NCBI GenBank assembly: GCA_964589445.1
Contig: CAZPQX010000001.1
Location: 28,600-92,599, forward strand
DNA from: an uncultured Candidatus Saccharibacteria bacterium
GTDB taxonomy: Bacteria > Patescibacteriota > Minisyncoccia > Phycocordibacterales > WO2-35-19
DNA length: 64,000 nucleotides
Direction: 5' to 3'
Shown here: one piece after another, positions 28,948 to 36,721 of the stretch
Layout: every line of letters starts with the position of its first letter
Position numbering within the stretch: the stretch's first letter is position 1
Notes under the pieces: generated by a model
What the model saw: the letters and a program-made list of their open reading frames with translations, nothing else
Database searches by the model: none
Told to the model about the DNA's origin: nothing
Made by a program: the position numbers and the translations under genes

Positions 28948-31601
28948 AAATCAATTTTGAGTCAGCAAGGATCTGACTTTAATGTTATCTGGCAAAGTGT
29001 CTGGTGTGTAGCGGATATAGGTGATCTCATTACCTTTATCTGTATCGTTGTACGATATCCAGTTAGTACCTCCATCGATTGTTTTCTCCCACGTTCCAGC
29101 TTGAGTAACTGAATCGTCATCAAGAAGTAGTCCTCCAGTGACTGCGTCATATAGTCTGATTCGCAACGTTGGCACAACCGAACCAAAAGCTGTAGCAAAA
29201 CGCCACGCAAACTGTTTGCTTGACTCTACTGTTTTACCACTTGATGGTTGGTAATGTGAGTCAGTTGAAAGGTCATCATATAAAACAGCGACGGACATTA
29301 TCCTACCGGGTACACAAAGTAAACTGATAGTTGTAAATTCAAACATAAATTGAATACTAGTTGATGGTGACAAACCAGTTAAATCACCATCTTCTGCCAA
29401 TTGGATCCATGCGCCGGTATTGTCTGTTATTCCACTTGTTCTATAAAAAGAAAATGTAGAACCTGTCGGTATACGGAATTCCTCACTTCCTAAGTGATCA
29501 ACGACTGAAGTCATCATTCTTTTAAATGAACTACAATCAGGAGTAAATATTTCAGGGGTTATGACTCGCTGGTTAGTTGATTCTGAATAAAACCAATGGG
29601 CACCGAGCGGTAGGGCATACATCTGACAGAGCGCGGCTGTAGCACCATGTTTTACTATGTGAGCTATGCCGTTTTCACTCCAAACAGAAGTAACCTGAGA
29701 AGCGGTGTTGAAGTGGATCGGAGCATTAGGGTCAGCAATTGACTGGTCTTGCTGTTTATCGTCAAGACCAAAAAATCGGTCAAACTGGTCCCCCGCTACC
29801 GCGGGGTAACGAGTCACATAATGTTTAAACGCGGTAGCACCTGTAGTCAATACAATCAACCGATCGATAGAATCTGAAATTTCAATAACGTTCAGGGCTC
29901 CTGTAGCTGGAAAGGTGCTCACTGAGCCAGGTGGGATTTCTGGTCGGTTGTCAGAGATCCAGCCGAGATTACCATCAAATATCTTTGATATCGCTGCTCT
30001 ATAAATACGAGTTGCGGTTAAGAAATAGAGAGATTTTTCGTTAATACCTGGACCATGAAGCAATGTGCCTACACGTCCATTATTTACACCAACCACAGTA
30101 CCTGTGACAAGTTGTGGTGCGGTAGATATTACATCAGCAGAGTCAATGATAAATGAAGCACCTGGACCGATACTTCCAGCGGAAGCCGAAAGAACAACAA
30201 CAGTTGTAGATGTAAATGAAGCAATGGTATACCAGGTAGTTACATTGGCTATACTTGTGGTACTAAAAGCGATACGCATGCCCACCATTGCTGAAGTGAA
30301 CACAGCACCTGAAGCCGTTACAGATGTACCTGATACTGTGACAGTAGTCGCACTTGAAGTAGAAGTGACATATGCAATAGTCATTAGCATTTTACCTGAT
30401 GTTACAGTACCGGTTGCTCTCAAGTTGTACCGGAAGCATCTCATAAATGTAGAACCGATACCATCAAGTACATATGCGTAATGGAGTCCTTTGTTGAGTT
30501 CTGTGTCTATAGCAAGACCACACGCCGCTTGGTTGGTGACTACGTTACCAGTGGTGCCCGCATCACAGAGCCAATAGACTCCCCTCTGGTCATTCACCGA
30601 AGTCGCGATAGAAGGAAATGTGGAGCCTGCAGTCGTGAAGTCGTGGTAGCCAGCACCTTTGAGTAGGAAGAGGCCGCCGTTTGCGGCGGTGCTGTTTGTG
30701 AGGGCAATAGCAAATCTCAACTCCTCGATGACGTAAGAAGTACCTGCAGGGATAACACCAGGTGAGGTGGTAAGTCCGATAGAAGTATTGCTATTGATTT
30801 GTCCGATATGATACCACTGCGTGATCTGCGTTGGGTCAGTGGAGCCAAAACCGATGCGGGGACCGAGGCCTCCGGCGACAGCAGTGGCGCCGGTGCCGGC
30901 GGCAATACCATCCGTTTGAAATAGTGTATTTGTCCCAGTAACAATACAATCCGCAATCACAAAAGCAGTACCAGCAGCATAGGCGCTGGAGGCTCCTAAG
31001 ATGTTCATAGTGGAAGTGGTGGCAAAAGAAATGATTGGATACCAACAATTAATTTGAGCTGGGTTAGTACTTCCAAAACCAATCATTTTACCGACATATG
31101 TTGCGAGGAATCCTGTTGCAGAGTGAGTGACGAGACCTGCAGTTGACACAGTCACGGTACCAGTTGAGTACACTGATGATGGAGCAGCTACAGCTACAGT
31201 GCCCGTAGTGTGGAGGTAGCGGAGTGCACGGAAGCCACGGTTTACGTTGGTACCGTTTGGTGTGGTTGCTGTTATGAATCCTTTCCAGTTGTAGGTAGCG
31301 AGACTCTTGTTGTATTCATATAAAAAGATACGTTTCGTGGCACCAGTGCCGTTTTCAAGAAGAAACACCCAATCAATAGTGGAGCTATATGTGATGGCAT
31401 GAGGAAATACCATGGCCACACCAGTGGATTCTTCCATAGGTCTCGCTACCGCTACTGGCAATGGCCCCACAAAATTATCTTCCGGATTGGTACCACTTTT
31501 TTGGATCATCAATGTTCCCAAGTTTGTCTTGGTTGAATCGTATGAAGCTATTGGTGTCGTTGCTCCGTTGAAGATGTGTTCGACTGCGCGTAGTGACATA
31601 A
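27905..31601. repeat. About 1045-bp apparently identical direct repeat (27905-28949 and 30557-31601)
   Basis: Identical translations in the main frame and in two alternative frames; constant offset of 2652 bp. Confidence 0.9.
28951..31599 (-). CDS. Large beta-rich protein, paralog 3 (mosaic)
   Basis: 882 aa; N-terminal ~348 aa identical to paralog 2, remainder closest to paralog 1. Confidence 0.8.
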   Translation of the reverse strand: MSLRAVEHIFNGATTPIASYDSTKTNLGTLMIQKSGTNPEDNFVGPLPVAVARPMEESTGVAMVFPHAITYSSTIDWVFLLENGTGATKRIFLYEYNKSLATYNWKGFITATTPNGTNVNRGFRALRYLHTTGTVAVAAPSSVYSTGTVTVSTAGLVTHSATGFLATYVGKMIGFGSTNPAQINCWYPIISFATTSTMNILGASSAYAAGTAFVIADCIVTGTNTLFQTDGIAAGTGATAVAGGLGPRIGFGSTDPTQITQWYHIGQINSNTSIGLTTSPGVIPAGTSYVIEELRFAIALTNSTAANGGLFLLKGAGYHDFTTAGSTFPSIATSVNDQRGVYWLCDAGTTGNVVTNQAACGLAIDTELNKGLHYAYVLDGIGSTFMRCFRYNLRATGTVTSGKMLMTIAYVTSTSSATTVTVSGTSVTASGAVFTSAMVGMRIAFSTTSIANVTTWYTIASFTSTTVVVLSASAGSIGPGASFIIDSADVISTAPQLVTGTVVGVNNGRVGTLLHGPGINEKSLYFLTATRIYRAAISKIFDGNLGWISDNRPEIPPGSVSTFPATGALNVIEISDSIDRLIVLTTGATAFKHYVTRYPAVAGDQFDRFFGLDDKQQDQSIADPNAPIHFNTASQVTSVWSENGIAHIVKHGATAALCQMYALPLGAHWFYSESTNQRVITPEIFTPDCSSFKRMMTSVVDHLGSEEFRIPTGSTFSFYRTSGITDNTGAWIQLAEDGDLTGLSPSTSIQFMFEFTTISLLCVPGRIMSVAVLYDDLSTDSHYQPSSGKTVESSKQFAWRFATAFGSVVPTLRIRLYDAVTGGLLLDDDSVTQAGTWEKTIDGGTNWISYNDTDKGNEITYIRYTPDTLPDNIKVRSLLTQN

Positions 31602-31613
31602 TAAAATAACTGA

Positions 31614-32204
31614 TTAAACTTCTAAATAATCCATATTAATCTGCACTGTTCCTGTACCATCTATGACCGCATAAAAAACTTCATCTACCCCGCCTTCTAT
31701 ATAATTTGGATGGTTGTTTGAACCATACAAGCCCCCAGTCTTCGGTGCATAATAATATTCGAAGTTTGTACCGCCTGCGGTAAACCGGAAGGCGACACTA
31801 GTCATATCGGCCGACAAAGAAAATTTTGCATTATAGATACGTATTTTTTTACCAGAAGCTGGTGTGTGCACAGTGCCCGAGCTAGTCAAACCTATAGTTT
31901 TTTTGAGTATAAGATTCCCCGTCTTTATTGCTGGGTCTATCCTTGTATTTGAACTGTCTCTGACACCCACTACACTAGTTGATGGTGTACCTCCCATCAC
32001 CAAAGCTTCTGCTTTACTTGGTAAAAGCTGACTTGCGACGACACCAGCACCGACTATCCCAGCTAGCTTAATAAAAGATCTTTTATCGTTATCAAATTCA
32101 ATATTTGACTCCTGTACCAGATCAACAGGAATAGTATTTGCCACTTGAGTGACATCTACTTTTTTATTTTTTACAAGCTTAAAAGAGTACTCTGAAGAAA
32201 TCAT
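31614..32204 (-). CDS. Putative Tat substrate (twin-arginine-like signal)
   Basis: DKRSFIKLAGIVGAGVVASQLLPSKAEA: KR-x-F-I-K motif, Gly-rich h-region and AEA cleavage site; divergent from tatC. Confidence 0.65.
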   Translation of the reverse strand: MISSEYSFKLVKNKKVDVTQVANTIPVDLVQESNIEFDNDKRSFIKLAGIVGAGVVASQLLPSKAEALVMGGTPSTSVVGVRDSSNTRIDPAIKTGNLILKKTIGLTSSGTVHTPASGKKIRIYNAKFSLSADMTSVAFRFTAGGTNFEYYYAPKTGGLYGSNNHPNYIEGGVDEVFYAVIDGTGTVQINMDYLEV

Positions 32205-32313
32205 TTTTAAATTGTGAATACATTATGGATTATATTATGAAGAAACGATGAATACAAAATAATCTGTGTATATGATGAAGAAAAATAATGTATACTGCTC
32301 ATATAAAAATCAA

Positions 32314-33042
32314 ATGGACGAATTTAATAAAAAAATAGAGAAATTTTTACCCTTTTTAGAAGATTTGCGCGAGCGTTTATATAGAGGAGTTATATTATTT
32401 GTTATTTTTTTTATAGTAGGCTTCTTTTCTACTGGTTTAATCCTAAAAAAAGTTTTAAACATTATAAAAATTGACCAGGTCACAATTTCCACATCTTCAC
32501 CATTTCAATTTGCAGACATTGCGATGGATATGGGTTTTTTCCTTAGCATAATGGTTTCGGTACCCTATATAATCTATAGTTTTTATGCATTTATAGTTCC
32601 TGCCCTAACAAGGAAAGAGAAAATTAAATTTTTAAAATCTATCCCCATAAGTATAGGGTTGTTTGTTGTGGGATTTTTGTATGGTTTTTTTATACTTTAT
32701 TATGCACTCGGAATTTTAGCATCACTAAATACAAGCTTGGGGATATCCAACATATGGGATATAAGCCAATTCCTATCACAGATTTTTATCACGGCCGCAC
32801 TCTTAGGTTTTGTATTTGAATTCCCTCTTGTGTTGACCTTATTTGTAAAGATGGGGATGATAAACAATCAACTACTTAAAGATAAAAGGCGTGCAGCTTA
32901 CTTTTTTATACTCCTCCTTACATCTTTACTTCCCCCAACTGACGGCATATCATTATTAGCAATGTCATTGCCACTCGTGTTATTATACGAAGCGACAATA
33001 TTAATAAATAATAAAAAAGAACATGCTTGGATTAGGACCTAG
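32314..33042 (+). CDS. tatC: Sec-independent translocase TatC
   Basis: LEDLRERL, FIVPALTRKEK, GFVFEFP, PPTD and LLYE motifs, multiple TMs; start placed at ATG 32314. Confidence 0.9.
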   Translation: MDEFNKKIEKFLPFLEDLRERLYRGVILFVIFFIVGFFSTGLILKKVLNIIKIDQVTISTSSPFQFADIAMDMGFFLSIMVSVPYIIYSFYAFIVPALTRKEKIKFLKSIPISIGLFVVGFLYGFFILYYALGILASLNTSLGISNIWDISQFLSQIFITAALLGFVFEFPLVLTLFVKMGMINNQLLKDKRRAAYFFILLLTSLLPPTDGISLLAMSLPLVLLYEATILINNKKEHAWIRT

Positions 33043-33190
33043 AGAAATAATTATTTTGGCCGTTGTACTAGTTTTGCTTTTTGGATCAAAGAAAATACCA
33101 GAACTTGCTAGAAGCATAGGTGAAGCTATCAGACATGTTAGAAACGGTTTTTCTGATGTAGAAAAAGATAAATCAGATAAGTTATCTTAG
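33023..33190 (+). CDS. tatA: Sec-independent translocase TatA (55 aa, absent from the ORF track)
   Basis: MLGLGPREIIILAVVLVLLFGSKKIPELARSIGEAIR: TM, FG hinge and amphipathic helix; overlaps the tatC stop. Confidence 0.92.
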   Translation: MLGLGPREIIILAVVLVLLFGSKKIPELARSIGEAIRHVRNGFSDVEKDKSDKLS

Positions 33191-33219
33191 TTTCCCAAAT
33201 AATTATTACCAAATAGTAA

Positions 33220-33813
33220 ATGAGTAATTGGAAGCGAATTTCTTTGATAGTTTTTGTGTTAATTGGAGGCACAGCTACTTTTAGCTATTGGTCTATAAAC
33301 CAATTTAATTTGGCTTTTAATAGTCTAGATACTTCGTACCTCGCAAGCACACACGAAGCATACTCTTCTCTTAGAAGACAGGTTGATTTGGCTTCCACCT
33401 CTCCCCAAGCTTCACAAATTTCAGCTTCTTCTACTGATACTAATATCGAATTATCATTCTCTTTTCCTAAAAAAGGCTTCAACATATATAGCGGATGTAC
33501 TTACGAGATACCACTACAATCTTCCACTACTATAGCTTCAATAGAAGCTAGTCTGATAGACAGAGGTACAAAAGATTTGATTAATATTACAAAAAGCGGC
33601 TTACAAAAAAACATCGAGTTAGAAAATAGTTCACAAAATTTTAAATGGAAAGTTGGATCAGTTTGGCCAGGAGAATACTATATACAAACATCAAAAATAA
33701 ACGGCTCTGATATACAAACAAAGAGTGAGATATTCCTTATAAACAGAATGCCAGAAGACATAGACGTCCCCGCACAAAAAGAAATCTGCAAACAATCAAA
33801 CGGAGTTCTATAG
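33220..33813 (+). CDS. Membrane-anchored hypothetical protein
   Basis: 197 aa; N-terminal TM and a beta-rich C-terminal domain. Confidence 0.65.
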   Translation: MSNWKRISLIVFVLIGGTATFSYWSINQFNLAFNSLDTSYLASTHEAYSSLRRQVDLASTSPQASQISASSTDTNIELSFSFPKKGFNIYSGCTYEIPLQSSTTIASIEASLIDRGTKDLINITKSGLQKNIELENSSQNFKWKVGSVWPGEYYIQTSKINGSDIQTKSEIFLINRMPEDIDVPAQKEICKQSNGVL

Positions 33814-33849
33814 GGAGATTTTTATCTATTTTTGTGTATAATCTCCATT

Positions 33850-35253
33850 ATGCATAAAAATAAAATAAAAACCTTATTAATATTAAGTATCTTTTTCTTT
33901 TTTGGTATAAATACTGCTTTTGCAACTGATTGTAATTTCAACAACATGCCAAACATGCAGTTTAGAGATAACAATATTTATGTTAAATCCCTTCAAGAAA
34001 CACTGAATTCTTCAAAAGACACTCAGGTATCAATGTATGGAGATGGATCACCAGGCAAAGAATCAACTTATTTTGGTACTGCTACATACAAAGCAGTTAT
34101 AAAATTTCAGGAAAAATACAGATCTGAGATACTAACACCTGTAGGAATTACTAATGGTAATGGTTTTGTTGGATCTGCAACAAAAAAACAATTAGAAATA
34201 GTGTGTCTATCGACAAACCAATTATCAAATAGTCAAACAAATACAACATTAGTAAATTCAGTAAACCAGTTGGCCGCAGCATATAATTCACTACAAAAAA
34301 GTTATAATAACCTACTGAATTCAAAGAAAAACAACTCCAATTATTACAAAAAAATAAACACATCTACATCCACAGCAACACAAAATAATAACAATTCTTC
34401 AAATACTGTCTCAATTAACCAACCAACGACGACTCCTGCAATTCCGACAATAAATACAAATTCAAAAATGCAGTGGGGTGCTTATGTTGGATACAACCAA
34501 ACTGATTTGGCAAATTTTGAATCCCTTGTTGGTAAAGAAGCCAATATCCAAGCTATTTTTTGGGGATTTGATGATACCTTCCCATCTCTATATAAGTCTA
34601 CAGTTGGAGAAAAAGGCAAAACATTAGTTATTTACTGGGAACCAAATTTTGGTTATGACAATATAAATAATGGAAGCCAAGATGATTATATAAGAAAATT
34701 TGCAGAAGGAGCCAAATCTTATGGTTATCCAGTATTACTCAGCCCCTTTGATGAAATGAACCTAAACGAAGAAGCGTGGGGTTATGGAAACAATAACAAT
34801 AATGCTTCTAAATTTTTAATATCTTGGAAAAAAATAAGAGACATATTTAATTCAGTGGGAGCAAATAATGTAAAATTTGTAATTACGTATAATAATGTTT
34901 CTATTCCAGATGTGTCTGGAAATAAATTTCAAGACTACTATCCGGGTGATAATTATGTAGACTACATAGGTATAGATGGTTTCAATTTTGGAAATCCGTG
35001 GCAAAACTTCAGTAGCGTTTTTGACAATACAATAAAAACACTGTCCACATATAACAAACCTATATACATAATGTCTACCGCTTCAGCAGCCGGCAACAAC
35101 AAAGCCGCATGGATAATTGATGGGTTGGGAACCCAGATAAAAAATTATAGCAATATACTTGGTTGGATATGGTTTAACCAAAACAAAGAACAAGATTGGA
35201 GAATAAACTCTGATATAAATTCTCTTGCTGCGTTTAAATCCATCTTGCCTTGA
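33850..35253 (+). CDS. Secreted peptidoglycan-binding plus GH26-like glycoside hydrolase
   Basis: VKSLQETLN...YFGTATYKAVIKFQ PG-binding domain; WEP, EMN, YYPGDNYVDYIGIDGFN and WFN motifs; start placed at ATG 33850. Confidence 0.8.
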   Translation: MHKNKIKTLLILSIFFFFGINTAFATDCNFNNMPNMQFRDNNIYVKSLQETLNSSKDTQVSMYGDGSPGKESTYFGTATYKAVIKFQEKYRSEILTPVGITNGNGFVGSATKKQLEIVCLSTNQLSNSQTNTTLVNSVNQLAAAYNSLQKSYNNLLNSKKNNSNYYKKINTSTSTATQNNNNSSNTVSINQPTTTPAIPTINTNSKMQWGAYVGYNQTDLANFESLVGKEANIQAIFWGFDDTFPSLYKSTVGEKGKTLVIYWEPNFGYDNINNGSQDDYIRKFAEGAKSYGYPVLLSPFDEMNLNEEAWGYGNNNNNASKFLISWKKIRDIFNSVGANNVKFVITYNNVSIPDVSGNKFQDYYPGDNYVDYIGIDGFNFGNPWQNFSSVFDNTIKTLSTYNKPIYIMSTASAAGNNKAAWIIDGLGTQIKNYSNILGWIWFNQNKEQDWRINSDINSLAAFKSILP

Positions 35254-35283
35254 CTTATGTTAATTTATGTGCAATATGTTTGA

Positions 35284-36330
35284 ATGCCTCGAGCTAAAAA
35301 TAAAGTAAAAATATCACTCCTAGTTCCCTGTTACAACGAAGAAAAATCCCTAAGGGCATCTATTTGTGCCGCACTAAAACAAACCAGACCTTTTGATGAA
35401 ATGGTTTTTATAGACGACTCCTCAAAAGATGCGACTCCCGAAATATTAGCCTCTTTTGGAAGTAAAATTACCGCAAAAAGAACTCCCAAAAATACAGGGA
35501 ATAAATCCAGTGCACAAGAATTTGGTATGCAATTTATAACAGGTGACATAGTTGTTACAACAGACGCTGACACGTTACTAGATAAAGATTTTGTTAAACA
35601 AGCAGAAAAAAGTTTTGAGGATGAAAAAGTTGTAGCTGTAGCAGGACACGTTAAAAGTTTGCCCTATAACTGGCTTACACTATGTAGAGCTTTTGAATAT
35701 ATAATAGGACAAAATATCCACAAAATGGCCCAGGATCATTTGGGTTATATATTTGTAATGCCTGGGGCAGCAAGTGCTTTTAGAACAAAATTATTCAAAG
35801 AACATATCACCTTTGACCACGATACAATCACAGAAGATCTGGATTTTACATATAAAATGCACAAAAATAACCTGAAAATTATATATAATGAGGATATGAT
35901 TTCTTATACTCAAGATCCTGCTGATTTAAAGAATTATATAAATCAAATGCGCAGATGGTTCGGTGGTGGATGGCAAAACTTGTTAAAACACTACAATATA
36001 ATAATCACGACACCCATAAGGGCAGCAGAATTAGCACTACTTTACTCAGAAGGACTTATATTTTCGGTGTTAGTTTTTGTGTTACCACTCCTAAACATAT
36101 ACTTTGAAGTTAAATTAATTATTGGATATTTTATTGTTTCATTATCTTTTGCTATTTGGGCAGCATGGAAAGAAAAAAGAATTGCTCTGGTATTGGCACC
36201 CTTCCCCTACTTAATACTGGTATTCATAAATTCCTATATTTACCTTGAACAATTCATAAAAGAGATTATACTAAAACGCCGAAACTTAGTCTGGTTTAAG
36301 CCAGAAAGAGTTGATATAAATACAAATTAA
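35284..36330 (+). CDS. GT2 family processive glycosyltransferase
   Basis: VPCYNEE, DDSSKD, DAD, TED and QMRRW motifs; C-terminal TMs. Confidence 0.92.
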   Translation: MPRAKNKVKISLLVPCYNEEKSLRASICAALKQTRPFDEMVFIDDSSKDATPEILASFGSKITAKRTPKNTGNKSSAQEFGMQFITGDIVVTTDADTLLDKDFVKQAEKSFEDEKVVAVAGHVKSLPYNWLTLCRAFEYIIGQNIHKMAQDHLGYIFVMPGAASAFRTKLFKEHITFDHDTITEDLDFTYKMHKNNLKIIYNEDMISYTQDPADLKNYINQMRRWFGGGWQNLLKHYNIIITTPIRAAELALLYSEGLIFSVLVFVLPLLNIYFEVKLIIGYFIVSLSFAIWAAWKEKRIALVLAPFPYLILVFINSYIYLEQFIKEIILKRRNLVWFKPERVDINTN

Positions 36331-36343
36331 TTAATACCCAGCC

Positions 36344-36610
36344 ATGCCCCTAACACCATTTGTCGGACTTTCTACTTTTTTACATCTTTTTGTTATTTTA
36401 TGGAAGAAATTTATTGGTTGGAAACTTCCAGCCATGCATTATACAGGCAAGTTCAAATTAATATTTCAAGCGGGAATACTTCTAATGATGACCGTTATTT
36501 TTTCAGGAATAATGTTTGGGGCAATAAGTCTAATAGTTAAGAGTACAGAAGACAAACACTCCTCAATACAAATAGTCAAAAATTCTGCTCATTTTTTGAT
36601 AGATAAATAA
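36344..36610 (+). CDS. Small membrane protein
   Basis: 88 aa with two hydrophobic segments, downstream of the GT2 gene. Confidence 0.5.
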   Translation: MPLTPFVGLSTFLHLFVILWKKFIGWKLPAMHYTGKFKLIFQAGILLMMTVIFSGIMFGAISLIVKSTEDKHSSIQIVKNSAHFLIDK

Positions 36611-36721
36611 TTACACAATCTTTTTGTTTATAAGTAAAATATTTTAAATTTAATACAAACACTTGACTATTTATTATATTTTTGTTAATAAAACCTATAC
36701 TTTAATTCAAAATAACAACAT

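Noticed and set aside
27905-31601. The 1-kb duplication as IS ends or a TR/VR pair
   Set aside because: No transposase or terminal inverted repeats, and the copies show no mismatches
23680-32204. Prophage tail region
   Set aside because: No capsid, terminase, portal, tape-measure or integrase genes nearby; the genes sit in an operon with cellular cohesin/dockerin genes
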